64,000 bases of DNA from Octopus vulgaris (Eukaryota), in the NCBI GenBank assembly GCA_951406725.2, contig OX597818.1, forward strand, positions 108,376,001-108,440,000. Reading direction: 5' to 3'. Positions 38,775-53,644 of this stretch are shown here, piece after piece. Below the pieces are notes generated by a model, which saw nothing but the letters and a program-made list of their open reading frames with translations, had not been told where the DNA came from and did no database searches. The position numbers and the translations under genes were made by a program. Within the stretch, counting starts at the first letter, position 1, and each line of letters opens with the position of its first letter.

Positions 38775-39707
38775 CTGTAAAAAGATATTATGAGCAAGAT
38801 ATATATATATATACAGACTGTTCAATAGGTAGAGAAAGAAAAAAATGGCATGTGTGTGTGTGTGTGTTACATGCCTCTGTGTGTATGTGTTGTGTGTGTC
38901 TGTGTGTGAGTGTGTATGTATTGCATGTGTGCATGTGTGTGCGTGTAGGGATGGTGGTTAATGTGTGATGAGAATTTACATACTCTAACCATAATTTATA
39001 AGAAATAACCAATATAGCAGTGCTCTAGCATGGCCTTAGCTGGAATGGATGAAAACAATCTAAAGTAAAACACAGCTGATTGGTTAAAATATTTCCTAAG
39101 CTCATTCACAATTTTCAAAAATGGTTCAATCTCCAACATTTTGCTGGGTTATCATCTAAACCTTTCATCCCACAATTGGACAATTCCTCTCCTTTAGAAC
39201 AGCTGACATCTCACATATATTGCTGCTGCCACTGCCGCTGTTGTTACCACCATCACTGCTGCTGCTGCTGCTGCTATTGCTGCTGCTACATGCAAGACTT
39301 CTGAACAGCATCCGAAAGGAACCCCACTGGACTCTTTGGCAAATAAACATTCCCTGTTAAACTTCAGCCACTTTTACTCGCAGAGGCAGATTTCTCTCCT
39401 TGCCTCTTCAGTCACTCCAACAGTGGCCTACACTCCTCTGAACTAGCCAGCTGTATACTTTAGTCATCCAAACTGAATCAACATACCCATCTCTCATCTT
39501 TCTCTCCCTCATCATGGGTGCGAGTCAGGCAGCACTGGTATCAGCCATGACTGTGATTTCACTCAGTTCGACAAGTCTTGTAAGGACCTGGCAAAGCATA
39601 TTTCCAACCAAAATATGTCTGCTATTTTCAGGAATGAAACCAAGTTATCTCCTCATTGTCTTTCCATCCCCCCACCCCACTATATCCTTTATCATTTACT
39701 TGCTTCA

Positions 39708-40035
39708 GTGGTGGTGGTGGTGGTGGCAGTGGTGGTGGTGGTGGTGGTGGCGATGGTGATAGTGGTGGTGGTTGTGGTGGTGGCGATGGTGGTGGTGGTG
39801 GCGATGGTAATAGTGGTGGCGGTTGTGGTGGTGGCGATAAGGACAGTGGTGGCAGTGGTGGCGGTGGTGGTGGTGACGGTGGTGGTGGTGGTGGTGGTGG
39901 TGGTGGTGGCGGTGGCGGCGGTGGTGGTGGTGGTGGCGATAAGGACAGTGGTGATAGTGGTGGCAGTGGTGGCAGTGGTGATGATAGTGGTGGTGGTGGT
40001 GGTGGTGGTGGTGGTGGTGGTGGTGGCAGTGGTGA
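39708..40035. repeat. (GGT)n-rich low-complexity tract
   Basis: Directly visible; ggcgataaggacagtggtg occurs twice. Confidence 0.95.
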
Positions 40036-40354
40036 CATAGCTTTATAAGTCAAATAATTCAGTCATTTGCATTTCCTTTTAAACTCAGTTACAACTTGTG
40101 CATTTATTACACCAAAGCAGAATTTGCCTTCAAGGTTATTCAGGAGGGGAAAACATTTGGGTAAACTCTGGCGTTGCTAAAGGAAAGCTTTGTCAGTTAG
40201 AGCAGAATTAAGGTTCATATGGGGCTAGGCAACAACAACAACATCTTTTCTCTGTCTTCCAAGTTCATGATTCTCTTCAATTCCAAAATTCCTCCAAATG
40301 CTGTTAATTCTTCAAATTCGATGCTACACCTGCTTAGAATTGCCTTCTTTTTCT

Positions 40355-40800
40355 CTTCTCTTTTATTTGTTTCAATCGTTAGACTGTAGCCATGCTGGAG
40401 TACCACCTTGAAGGATTTTTTTAGTAGAATGGATCGACTGCAGGACTTATTTTTAAAGCCTGGTACTTATTCTACCGGTCTCTTTTGGCAAACCACTAAG
40501 TTACAGGGAGATAAAGATACCAACATCAATTTTCAAGCTGTGGAGGGGGACAAACACAGACACAGACACACACACAAACACATACATACATGTGCACACG
40601 CACACACACAAAGACATACACATATACATATATACAGGGAGGTTCTTTCAGTTTCCATCTACCAGATCCACTCACAAGGTTTTAGTCAGCCTGTGACTAC
40701 AGAAAAAGACTCTTACTCAGAACCATGTGGTTGGAGACTGAACCCAGAACCATGTGATTGGGGAGCAAACTTCTTACCACACAGCCACACCTGTGCCTGG
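40355..40800 (-). mobile_element. SINE family A
   Basis: Reverse-complement match from head to tail. Confidence 0.75.
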
Positions 40801-42338
40801 TTTATATTTATGAAACAAAAAAAACTGAGCTTTCTCCCTTTTCCAGTTTCCTAAAATATAAAGGAAGACAAAACTGAATTGTAAACAGAAGCAAAAGAAG
40901 TAAAGACACCCACGCATAATGTGACATAAGTTGCTTGTGTCGGAATCAGTGATACTGCAATCAATGATATGAGAGATTTAAATCATTTCAACTGCTCACA
41001 CACAAGTAACTGTAATCCTTCATTGAGACAGAGAAAAACAAATGTTCAAACAGATTTTAACATGTTGACATGTAGATCTAGATTTAGTTACTTAAACCAT
41101 TGAATAAACATTTGAAATTTTTTTAGATTCTCACATTAAGATAATATTTAGCTATGCGTGTGAGAGTACATTTTTTTGTATATGTGTTTGTGTATGTATG
41201 TGTGTGTGTGTATGTATATGTATGTACATGGTTGTATGTGTATATTTGTATATGTGTATGAATATATGTTGGTACACATGTGTATGTGTGTGTGTATGAT
41301 TCAGCCTCATTGTAAATTGAATGTTTTTGTTTAATTACAATGAATAGTTTTAAATTCTTTCTGTTTCTTCAGGTTTCCATTCCATAAAGCAAAGCAGCAG
41401 TTATGCTATCTTATACAGTTTCCTTGCATATTTACAGAGACAGTTCCTCTGTTTTTGCTAAATTTTCACTACATCAGAATCTCTAGATATCTCATAACTT
41501 AATTTGCATAGGATGTGGCTGTTTTAGTTTCCATTGTGGTCCCAAATTTTTGTTGATAAAAATTATCATCAAAATAAAATAGTTTTGTCCTGCAGAAAGA
41601 ATTTTAGTCCTTCTATGATTAATTCCTTTCCTACACATTGTGGTGAATCATTTGTATAGTTATCTAAGCAGAACCGAATGACTTTAACTTCTTAGTCCTG
41701 AAGGATGTTTGACAAAAACTTTTTGTAAGATGTCTGCAAAGTTACTCAGACAACGATTTTCACATACAAGACGTGGTGCCATTGGTCCTCCTATTGCATC
41801 ATTTAGTGGGGTTGGTCCAACATTCCACGACCTCTTCTTTTCTTTCCAGCTACTCCCAACAACAGATATTTAAAACAAGGTTGCTTGATGTCTCAGTTGC
41901 AAGATTGCAACACACCTGTGCTTATTCTTCCATCACACTGCTGACCCACAACTCCTGGCATAGAAACATCGCACCCTCCTGTCACTCGCAAATACTAACC
42001 CTTCCACTCCCATTTAGATGAGGTGGCATTGGAGCTCAATGCAGCCCTAAAGCTCACTAGATCCCATCAAACTGTCCAACCCATTCCAGCATGAAAAAAT
42101 GGACATTATATGATAATGAGATGGGGGATGATTTTATATACATATATACACACACACACACACATGTGTGTGAGTGTACATATATATATACATATATATA
42201 CATATATATACATATATATATACATATATATATGTGTGTGTATATATACATATATACATATATATATATATGTATGTATATATACGTTTATATATTTGTT
42301 TTGCAAGATTCTTGATGTGAAATCGTGTTTTGAAACAG

Positions 42339-42578
42339 ATGTTGTTGTATTTAGGAATAGTCATTTTGCCAGTTAGCCAATAGGAGAGACACACAAATAA
42401 GAAAGAGGAAAGTGAACGACCACTGATGAGGTCACAGAAGTGTGACGAAAGAACTATGGCCGAAATAAGATTAAAATTAATGTAAAAAATTAAAGCTGAA
42501 GCAAATTAACACCAAATATATAGTGCGTGTGTTTTTCTTGGCTAAACTGGCAAAATTACCATTCCGAAATACAACAAC

Positions 42579-42580
<2 letters not shown>
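42339..42580. mobile_element. Small inverted-arm element enclosing a hammerhead
   Basis: Arms 42339-42380 and 42538-42580; flanked by (TA)n. Confidence 0.75.
42417..42462 (+). ncRNA. Minimal type I hammerhead ribozyme motif
   Basis: cgacca-CTGATGA-G-GTCACA-gaag-TGTGAC-GAAA-G-aa-C-T-A-tggccg. Stem I pairs 5 of 6, stem II is 6 bp. Confidence 0.7.
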
Positions 42581-42644
<64 letters not shown>

Positions 42645-42648
<4 letters not shown>

Positions 42649-43520
42649 GGAGTTTAACGCAAGTATAATTCAAATAAGGCTAACAAGGGAAAAATACACT
42701 CATCTATTTTCATATATATATATACACCAAAATGTGAGCATCTTTTCATTCTCATAAAAATCTCAGATGAAGAATTTTGAAATGTGTTACATATCTTCAC
42801 TGTGCTACTTATAGATTGGATTTGGAGAATCTGAGTCCGTTTCTTTTACTCTTTCTCTGTGAAACTAAGTAATTCTAGGTTTTTGTGCAAATGTGTTGGT
42901 ACATAACCCAAAGTACCCATGATGATAGGTACAAATGAGTATTTATATTCAGGGTATAACAGCCTTATGCTTTGTATTAATTCACCATAAATGTCCTTCT
43001 TTTCCTGTACTTTTGATTGTACATACACATCTGCTGACTAGCTGACCAGCTGACCCCTACAACAGTGGTCTATCCCACAGAATAGTATCAGGTCTGTTAT
43101 GTTTGCACTGAGTTGATGTTTTTATTGGAGTGTTTCACCAATATTCGTTGTTTTTAAAGGTGTGAATACCTGCTGGTTCTGACCCACCTTTGATGTATAC
43201 ATCAGGGCAGTCCTTTCTATAGAGAGCAGTGTAAATAGTCTTTGCAACTATCTTATGCCTCAGGGGCAGATAGCACCTCGTAGACATTTTAGGACAGATG
43301 CTGAGGATGTGGGTGATATCTTCAACATTGTTATAATGTGGAGGTTTGGTGCTATCTTTGTTCCTCTTGCTTATCTGGTATTTGGTGGTTATGTCCTGTT
43401 TCTGGATAACTAATACATATCCTTCTAAGTGGGCTGTAATGTATCTACCACAGGTCCCGATAAGGCTGCTCTTCTTCTCAATGCTGGTGTTGCCCTCTAG
43501 CTTACAAGATACGTAAGTTG
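42645..43520 (-). pseudogene. R4/Dong-like (RLE) non-LTR element, 3' portion
   Basis: VEDITHILSICPKM..LPLRH (CCHC remnant), KHNRPDTILWD, then SKVQEKKDIYGEL..VPIIMGTLG; 3' end abuts (TA)n. Confidence 0.8.
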
Positions 43521-43780
43521 TTAGGTTTAAACATTTGAAATTTTTCTTTTAAATTCTTTGTAATCATGGTTATCTTTGAGGAGAAATTAAAACCTTAAAT
43601 TCTTGATGTTGATGATAATGATGATGATGATGATGATTGACAAACTTTTGGAAAGAATTTATTATAATTGAGATTGTTGTTGTCATTGTTGTGTGGATTG
43701 GAAAACTAAGTGAGGAATTAAGACTGCAAACAAAATGCCTGGTAGTTTTTGTTCTGGTACTTTCTTCTGTCCTCAAATCT

Positions 43781-43836
43781 TATGTATGCATGTATGTATG
43801 TATGTATGTATGCATGTATGTATGTATGTATGTATG

Positions 43837-43867
<31 letters not shown>

Positions 43868-44410
43868 GTATGTATGCATGTATGTATGTATGTATGTATG
43901 AATGTATGTATGTATGTATGTATGTATGTATGTATGTATGTATGTATGTATGTATGCATGTATGTGTGTCCTTATTCACTTTTATTTCAAGATTTCTTGC
44001 CAATAGAGAAAGAACTGGTTTCTAACCTAGATCCAAGTCTCCTTCATTGGAATTTCAACATCAACAACAGGATATTTTTGTATGTATATATGTGTGGATA
44101 TATATGTGCAGATTTGTATTATGTATGTATGTATGTATCATCATCATCATCATCATTATCGTTTAACGTCCACTTTCCTTGCTGGCATGGGTTGGATGGT
44201 TTGACTAAGGACTGGTGAGCCAGAGGCTGCACCAGGGTTGTATATGTGTATGTATGTATGTATGTATGTATGTATGTATGTATGTATGTATGTATATGTG
44301 TGTAAGTATGTATGTATGTATGTATGTATGTATGTATGTGTATGTGCATATGTATGTATGTATGCATGTATGTGTGTGTATGTGTATGTAGGCCTGCATG
44401 TATGCATACA
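43781..44410. repeat. (TATG)n microsatellite arrays with a short family-C fragment
   Basis: Directly visible. Confidence 0.9.
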
Positions 44411-47400
44411 TGTGTGTACGTACATGTGAGAGTATGATTGTGTGTGTATAAATTGATAGCAAAGATTTTACTGCAAATGATAATCTGTCAGGCATTGTAA
44501 ATACTAATTTGAGCCAGAAGGTTCTGGTGTTTATAATGTCTGCTATCACACTGGTAGCACTAGTTCTATATATTAAATATAAACAATATATGTACACACA
44601 CACACACATGCATAATTATACATACACAGAGACAGACATGCATATACGCATGTGGCACTCATAACTTTTGTTTACAACACACACACACACATACACACAC
44701 ACACATACACACACATATGTATCTGAATATTTTTGAAATGTTACACTGAACTGCAGTGAAAGTATTTATTACATTTTAATGTCACATTTAGATGGAGATA
44801 CCCTTTTAAATAAATGTTACATGAATTAATTTCATTTGAGAATCCATTTTGAAGAGATTTCATTAACCTTTACTCGTTCAGCTTAGAATAGACTAGCAGT
44901 CCGGCTGGAAATAAGCCATCTGTCTATTCCAAATCTGGCTCGACTTATCGTAAAACTAAAATAATCTCCATAACCCATATCTGTAACTACAGTGATGCTA
45001 AAAAGAACAGTGAAGAAGACTCTACTACATTTAAGTTGCATCCTTAATCCACAGCATAATCATTTAACGTCCGTTTTCTATGCTGGCATGGGTTAGATAG
45101 GAGCTGGCAAGCTGGAGGGCTGTACCAGGGCCCCAGTTGTCTGCTATGGCCTTGTTTCTGTGGCTGGATGCCTCTTCTAATGCCAACAACTTTACAGTGT
45201 GACACTGGGTGTATTTTTTGTGGCCTCAGCACCAATGCTTTTTACATGGCACCAGCAGGGTCACCGAGTACCTTGCAAGACAAACCCCACTCAACTAGAA
45301 AGGAAAGAATAACATTGAGGATTGCAGGTTTGGGCCAGTTGAGAGATTTAAGATTTGGAGGGGTCAGATATAGGTGTTTTGCAGTAGATACATGGATACT
45401 CTTGTTGGGAAAAAAAAAGTGGGTGGGTTGGAGAGTATGATGAAGAGAGTGATAATGGGAGAGGTAATGGTGGGGATGTGACAGAACAGGGCCCCACAAG
45501 GAACATGGGCGGGGGGGGGGGGGTGAAAATAGGTGAGGTGATATAGAAGCTTGGGTTGGGTGAGGGATCAGGATGAGATGTCTGTGGCACCATTGGCTAC
45601 ATTTGCTAAGTTCATAGAAAAAGAATTGGATGGCATAACTTTCATATTGGGGCTTCAGAACATCTATGACTATTTTTCTCTAATTGAAGAAAGAATAGGA
45701 AAGAAATGAAGAATTGTCTACCTGCAGACAGAGTAATGAGTTTGTATTCCACCATTCTATGCCCCTGGTAGAGTATTTTGCATTTCATAGTATTACTAAC
45801 CTGATAGTAAAGCTGGTAACAAGAAAATATGAGAGACAGACAGAGTGAGACAGAATGAGGAAAATTCTAGAATGTAGTGCCAAAATAATTGGAATCTGAT
45901 GAGTAATCTGATGGCTTCTGAAGTAAATATTGAATCATTCCACACAGAAATGAAACAATATATAATAATAAGATTCTTATCAGCTGCATAGGATAAATCT
46001 AAATCATCTCAACCATTTATCAATAAGATGCAGTTATAAATTCTGCTTTCTGACACAGTCACACTGTTACGAATTTGTGGGCAATGATCTATTCAACGAG
46101 TTCAGTTGCTGTACTTCGCTAGTACTTTAATTAATTAACGCAGTGATGATGAAAAACAGAGTCAGCCCCAGCAGGATTTAAATTTAGAATGTAAAGAACT
46201 GCACTAAATGCCACAAGACAGTTCTACCATTTCATGAAACAATAAATATTGCTTTGATTCTATATCTCATTTCTTCAACTTTTCCATTCCATATTTATTC
46301 GTGCACTCTCCTCCATATTTGAAACAATTATCCGAGAGTTCCACAAATTCTCTGAAACAGATTATCTACTTTTTATATTACTTAACATTAATCACTTAAT
46401 TAGTTGCTTATCTCAGTTATGCTAAACTAGCCAATCCCTGCTCCCTGCCAACCTCCCTGAGGAAGTTCAACTCCAGTGACCTGTTGTAAAGCAGTGTCAT
46501 CATGATTTGGTTCTGTTTCACTCCTAAAGCATCTCAGGTACCCAGAAATCACCCCCTTACCACCTTTGTACCCTTACAGGACCTGCTGATTTATTCCTAT
46601 GTCACAATTAAAAGGGCCAGCAAGGTTGGTGCCGTTGCTATTTGGTTGCCTGATCTCCAGCAACAATAAATTCTCTGGCAACCCCAAAATATCGATTTTG
46701 ACTGAAAGCTACTCAAAGACCACTCAATGCAGAACCAGAACTTTTGGTACCATATTTCTGTTGAAACATGGTAACATATTCAATTAATTTGTTCAATTAA
46801 TTTTGAAAGTAATGAAGAATTCAGTAGAATATTAAACTGGTGTTTGGAGCAAAACTTAACCTGAAATTTATTGGAAGATTTTAACTTTGACTGCTTTAAA
46901 AGAGGAAGTTGATATCATAGCAACAGGTAGTGATGGTCTCAGATGGGTTGGTGTCTAAAGGTTTAGGATGCTTATCTCTTTCTTCGACCACTACTAGCCT
47001 CATTATAAACACCCTTTGCACCTCTAACACATGCACAAACACACACACACACATATAGTGTATGACAGCAATGTCTTAAACTGAATTCCCTCAAAATGCG
47101 TTGAGTGATATGCATGAGAAGACCTGTTGAGTAAAATCAAAACCGTAGCTGTGGCCAGTGCCCCATGACTTGCTCCTGTTTCGGTGGCATGTAAAATGCA
47201 TTATCTGAACATGGTTGATGCCAGTGCCCCCCTGACTGGCTCTTGTGCTGGTGGTACATAAAAAGCACCATCTGAACATGGTTAATGCCAGGACCGTCTG
47301 ACTGGCTCCCGTGCCAATACAAGTGCCATTGTCATATGTCATTGCACAAGATCTTTGGCCTCTAAGCTTCATCGTCATTGACTGAAACTGTCTTCCTGAG

Positions 47401-47479
47401 TTCAGTCTGAATTTCTGTAAATCAATGCTTACAGGTAAAATAGAGAAGAAATTTTAGAGACCTGAGTTGTGGTAAAGAG

Positions 47480-47860
47480 AGCTTTTACTGCTATTCATGG
47501 TTGATGACGAGGAACATGAAGGTACATGGAGGCACAGAGAGATGAGTATATCGGGTGGGTATGGATGAGAAAGATATATGGCTAGTTGTTCAAAGGAGTA
47601 GAAACTATTATGGTAGTGATAGAAGGGACAGAAGGATGACAGAATGTTTCTGCAGATAGTTATATTCTCTGTGAGATTCCTGGGATATTTTGTATGTTGT
47701 TGCCAGTGAGAGACAGCTATGTGATGGGTGTGGTCAAGCATGGTTGTCTGGATAACAACTGCACTGTCCCTGACGTGTAAGCAGTTCTTAGGTAAGCTGT
47801 TCTCTTCTATTACAACTGTGATAAAGAAACTGAGCCTTTGGAGGCATATTCTTCCTACCA
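47480..47860 (-). pseudogene. Possible old Penelope endonuclease remnant
   Basis: Loose similarity to the 53170-53450 remnant; very decayed. Confidence 0.3.
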
Positions 47861-49508
47861 CAAACCACTCAATTATGTAATACTGATTTCAAATTTTGGC
47901 ACAAGGCCAGAAGCTTTGAGGGAGAAGGCAATTTGGTTACATCAGCCCTAATGCTCAGCTGGTACTTACTTTAAAAAGATGAAAGGCAAAAATCAATCTC
48001 AGGAGGAATTTGGACCCAGAGAGTAAAAACAGGCAAAATGTTTGACAACATTTTGCCTGACATGCTAACAGGTCTACCAACCAACCGCCTTAACCATGAC
48101 CTTAATATTGGTTTAAAAGTTTGGCACAAAGCCACCAGTTCTTTCAGAGGAGGTGGGGAAGTCAGTTACATCAACCCCAGTGCACAACTGGTACTTACTT
48201 CGTCAACCCTGGATGGATTAAAAGGCAAAGTTGGCTTCAGTGAAATTTGAACTCAAAATGTAATGATAGATGAAATAACACTAAGCATTTTGCCCTCAGC
48301 ACAAACAATTCTGCCACCTCACCACATCCCTCTGTTATGCAATACTAATGGCACCTTTTTGTTAGCCAAGCACACTGAGCTAAGTGGTGTTATGTACCTT
48401 GTACTGGAGTACAATAAAATGGTTAGTGTTGTATGATTTTAAATCTTGACTATTTTAACAATAGTCTGGCATTTTAACCTCATCAACATTGTCTAATTAA
48501 TATCAAATATTAAAAGCAAAGCACTGATAACTTGGAGAGGACAATAATACCATGATAATAGGTTCATCTCTTTCTTCCTCTCTCTCTCTCTCTCACTCTC
48601 CCTAACTCTCTCTCTCCCTCTCTCTCTGTCTTCTTCTCTTTCCCTCCTCCTTCTGTCTCTTTCTCTTGAAAAAGACAAACACAATAACTGCAGATATTCT
48701 ATAAAATACATTAAACATTGTGAGCAAATAAAAGAATTCTTTGAAAACTAAAATGGATTATGATAAATGTTGAACTGAAAATCCTCTGAATAATTCAAAA
48801 TATTCTTCTTTCCAGAGAGAGAGAGGAATGGATGAAAGAGTGATTTTTCGTTCCTCTTCAAAATTTTGTTTTCTTTCTATTTCTTTTTTTAGATATCTTT
48901 GTTTACTGCTTTTCATTCATGGCGCCAACTAGAAAGATCTCTACTGAGAAGCTTTCTTTATTTCACAATGTTTATCCTGAAAGCTGCTGTCAAAAAATAT
49001 GCAGATGTATATGCATACACCCATATACATAAGTGTGTATATGTCTGTATGTATATATAAATATATATACACATTAAAATATACATGTGTGTGTGTGTAT
49101 GTGGATGTAAGTATATATAAATAGGTACATATATGTGTGTGTGTGAGTGTGTGCTTGTTTAATGTATGTGCGTAGACACACACACACACAAACATACACA
49201 CAGATGTACACGAGATCAAAAAGAACTTTAATGACAAACATTCCGGAAAGATTATTAAAACAAAAAGAAAAAAAATGTTGATGAAATCAAAGTCGTGAAA
49301 TTCTAGTATTAAATATTAATATGACATTAATTTTATATTTGAAGCATATAATATAAACTTTACATCTTCATCAGTGTAACAGTAGACATGCTGTGACTAT
49401 ATATATACACTCTTGGTTGAAGACACATATTACTTCTTGCCATCGCATCCTACTCTTGTGTTCATCTCACTCCCCATTACACACAGACAAATTGACTTTA
49501 TCTACATA

Positions 49509-49549
<41 letters not shown>

Positions 49550-49724
49550 AACATACATACATACACACACACACACACCTGCACAGGTGCCAGGCGGCTG
49601 CCGGCCACGGTCAGATTGGTGTATTTATGTGCCACCGCACGGAGCCATCGATATATATATATATATATTTCGATTTATGTCTTATAGGGTGCCTGTCGTA
49701 CGGTCGCATTGAGTATTTTACAGT

Positions 49725-49782
<58 letters not shown>

Positions 49783-49871
49783 CGCCTTTAGAGTGGTGAA
49801 AAGTAAGCAGGGATCACCACTCTGCCGGATATAAACACACATATATACCGCGATCCTCCGACCGCAGTCCG

Positions 49872-49945
<74 letters not shown>

Positions 49946-50307
49946 GTATATATGTATGTATGTATGTATGTATAAAAAGTACATGTACATACATGGCTGA
50001 ATATATATGTATATGTATACACGTATTTCTTTATAAAAGACAAACACACACATCCATGTACACATGCATCAGTGTATGCATATAAATATACATGTGCACA
50101 CATGCACATGACTGCAAGTGCAGATGTCATTGTATATGTAAATCTTATTAAATGCTAAACTTCTTGAATGTTTTACATATTTCAACAGTGCCTTTGACAG
50201 CTTATAGCTGTAATCTTATGATTAGATATGTTCTTTCTGGATTTGTGAATCTCATCTTCTCAAGATAGGTATTGATGCAATTATTACATAGTCAAATGGT
50301 CCAATTC

Positions 50308-50388
<81 letters not shown>

Positions 50389-51039
50389 TGTGTGTGTGTG
50401 TACATGATGGGCTTCTTTCAGTTTCTGTTTACTAAATTCACTCACATGTCTTTGATAAGTCCTAGACTATTGCAGAAGACCGTTGCTCGTGGTACCAGGC
50501 AGTGGGATTGAACCTTGAACCATGTAGCTAAGGAGCAAAGCTTTTACCGTACAACCACACCTACACTTATACACACCTGCAGACGCACACACACACACAC
50601 ACACACAGATATAAACACTCATATGTGTGTGTGTCTGTGTGTGTGTATGTATGTGTGTGTGTGTGTATGTGTACCCATTTATCATATTTGCATGGGGAAA
50701 TTTGCAATATTTGACTAAATGTCTAATTAATTGAAGTGAAAGGCCTCTGCCTTTGTATACAGAGGAATTTCAAAGCCAACATTCACCACAGAATGGAACA
50801 TCATCCACCCCATTAAATCACCCAAGGGTCTAGAATAACCTTGCATTTTATACCCAGTCAAAATATGTGAATTCTGTTGGCAAATGATACACTTATTGAT
50901 AAACCCCTAGGAAGAGTCTGCATGTTGACCCATGATTTATAAGACATAAATACTTAACCGCAACAAACTCTACTGAAATCAGTTACAGAGAGCTAATTCT
51001 GTCTTAATAGAATTATAATATTCTTGATAAAAATTCATA

Positions 51040-51655
51040 GGTGTGGCAGTGTGGTTAGAAGCTTGCTTCCCAACCACATGGTTCCAGTCTCACTGTGTGG
51101 CACCTTGGGCAAGTTTCTTCTACTATAGCCTTGGGCCAACCAAAGTCTTGGGGATTTGTTAGATGGAAACTGAAAGAAGCGCATAAATGTATAACAAGGT
51201 GGAAAGAATAGTACTCGAATACCAGAGTTAGAGTAATATGCTTTATTGAAAAGCAGCAAAAATATCACAAAAACTGTTACTCAGAGTTTCACATTAGTTT
51301 CATGTTTCCGTTCATCGGACATTCATCTAAACAAAACTGTCTGATGAACAGGAACATGAAACCCTGAGTAACAGTTTTTGTGATATTTTTGCTGCTTTTC
51401 AATAAAGTATGTGTGTGTGTGTGTGTGCATGTTTATGTCTGTGTTTGTCCCCCACCTCCACTGCTTGACAACTGGTATTGGTACATTTACATTCCTGTAA
51501 CTTAGCAGTTCAGCAAAAGAACCAACAGAATATGCTCCAGGTTTAAAAAACAAGATAAGTTACCAGGGTCAATTTATTCAGCTAAAATTCCTTTAAAGGT
51601 GGTGCCCCAGCATGGTCGCAACCTATTAACTGAAGCAAGTGAAAGATAAAAGATA
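51040..51655 (+). mobile_element. SINE family A carrying a nested foldback element (51185-51410)
   Basis: Head 51040-51180, tail 51430-51655; the insert has perfect arms at about 51241-51284 and 51364-51407. Confidence 0.8.
51333..51378 (+). ncRNA. Minimal type I hammerhead ribozyme motif (CpG-decayed)
   Basis: aaaactgt-CTGATGA-ACA-ggaa-CAT-GAAA-CCC-t-GAG-T-A-acagtttt with a perfect 8-bp stem I. Confidence 0.65.
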
Positions 51656-52379
51656 CATATATTCATATCATCAAAGACACATATGCAAGAAATTCATACT
51701 TGAAAAATTTTAAATTTCAAATTAAAAGTTAGCATTTAGAATTTAATCGCTTTATGAATCGATTAATATTAAAAGACTTGATTAAAAGTGTAGTCGAAAC
51801 CACTTATGAGGATGTGAAATCAGAATATAGTGTTGAAATAATCATTGATTGAAAATAATCAAATTTATTGATAATTACTCACTTTTATGCTATATATTCT
51901 TTTTCATGCATCATTCATACCATGTTTAATAACTTTAGCATTATTTAAAAAGCATTCTTTAAAAAAATTATATTTGACCAATAGAAACAAAGATAACTTC
52001 CATAAAAGTCAACACTTCTAGAAAACGAATTTACAATCTTTCTATCTAGACAACAAAACACGACAATGAATCCCTCAAAATTAATTTAATGTGTTAATCT
52101 TACCCTAGTTTTTATTTCTTTTGTTGCACAAATTTTTCACTTCTATTCTCACATTATCACAATCTGATGTCTTTTCTTTTGTTTAATTTTACATACATTA
52201 AACTACTTATGGGAACAATAGACTGTAAATTGACTGTATTTGTTTAATGAGTGAAAATCTCCTATGGCAGTGAATGGAATATATGTGCATTTATTTTAAT
52301 TAGACTTCAACTTACACACATGCATTCACATATATATATATGGTGCAAAAATAAGAAATAAATATAAAGACAAGGTAAA

Positions 52380-52651
52380 AAAGCTAATAGAGTGTATTAG
52401 GTTTATGGTGGGGAAATACAGGAAAAATCTTTTGTTTCAAGCATATTCTCTTTAGAAAGAAAAGATGAGGAGGGAGAAAAACAGAGAGAGAAAGAGAAAA
52501 GAACCAAGTGTGTCTCACTTATTTGATCACTGCATGCTGAAATGACCAGAAGGGGAAGAGGTTGCTAGAGGCATGAGTGACATGGGAGACAACTGTGAAA
52601 GTTGACTTGAGGCATGGGTGGCAAGAAGGACAACTGTGAACTTGGCATGTT

Positions 52652-52710
<59 letters not shown>

Positions 52711-53450
52711 AAGAGAGAGAGAGCAAGCACATGTGTGTGTATGGAGCTAATTTGTACATGTATACCCTGTATGTTTATGGATGTGTATATGTATATATGC
52801 ACGTGTGTGTGCATGTGTTAATGTCTGTATTCATGTGTGTGTACAAGTTTCTGTTTGTGTGTGTGTATGTGAGAGAGGATGCTATGTGTGTCATATTGAA
52901 AGGAGATGTTTAGAGGAATGGTGTGAGAAAAGTGGTAGGAGTAGGAAAGTGTGAAGGTGGACTGTAATGGAAGTGTGGGTGTAGGTGTGTGAACTAGGAT
53001 GGTAGAGTGTGTGTGTGTGTGTGGAGGTGTATTTATATGTTGTTTGAATGTGATAGTGTAGTTGTTGGGGGATAGAAGAAGGGACAGTGAGAAAGTAAGA
53101 TGTGGGTGTTGTGTGAAGAGGGGCTTAAATGAAAAGGGGTGGAGAATTTAGACTGTTGGGGATGAAACATGGAGGGAGAAAATTAATTAATTCCTACTCC
53201 AGACAGAGATGTGAGCACATGTGGCCTCTGTGCAAGGCTAGTCAAAACACAGAGTAGTTGAGCAGAAATTACTCAAGACCAGAATATCATTACCAAGTCT
53301 GATATCCCCAAGATTTTCAGTAAAACAGTCAACCAAGCATCAATCAGTTTGTCCAATGAGCAGGGAGTGGCAAAAAGAATGGTGGATACAGTAAATCAAA
53401 TAACTGGAGGAGCAAGTGAAGAGTAATATTGAAGGGATGAGAAAAGAGAT
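52380..53450 (-). mobile_element. Penelope-like element 3' portion (GIY-YIG remnant plus low-complexity tail)
   Basis: FTCSSSYLIYCIHHSFCHSLLIGQTD*CLVDCFTENLGDIR at about 53290-53420; degenerate hammerhead at 52429-52459. Confidence 0.7.
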
Positions 53451-53644
53451 AAACATGAAGTAAACACAGCATTACAAATCTGTCCCTTGTGGAATTGCCA
53501 ATGTTGGTCAAGTTTATTTCCAAGACTTCATTTTCAAGCCTTGACAGCCTGAATAGCTTCTAAAATTCCCTCAACTTAGAAAAATATGAAACATGAAACC
53601 AAATTGAACACTTAGTCTGGCCCTGTTAAGAATTCCTCTGATGC

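Noticed and set aside
39206-39445. About 80-codon Ala-rich open frame on the plus strand
   Set aside because: Partly (GCT)n; no start codon or in-frame acceptor.
39615-40053. Gly-rich, Pro-rich and Val-rich ORFs of 130-141 aa
   Set aside because: Open in several frames because of (GGT)n; no splice or domain support.
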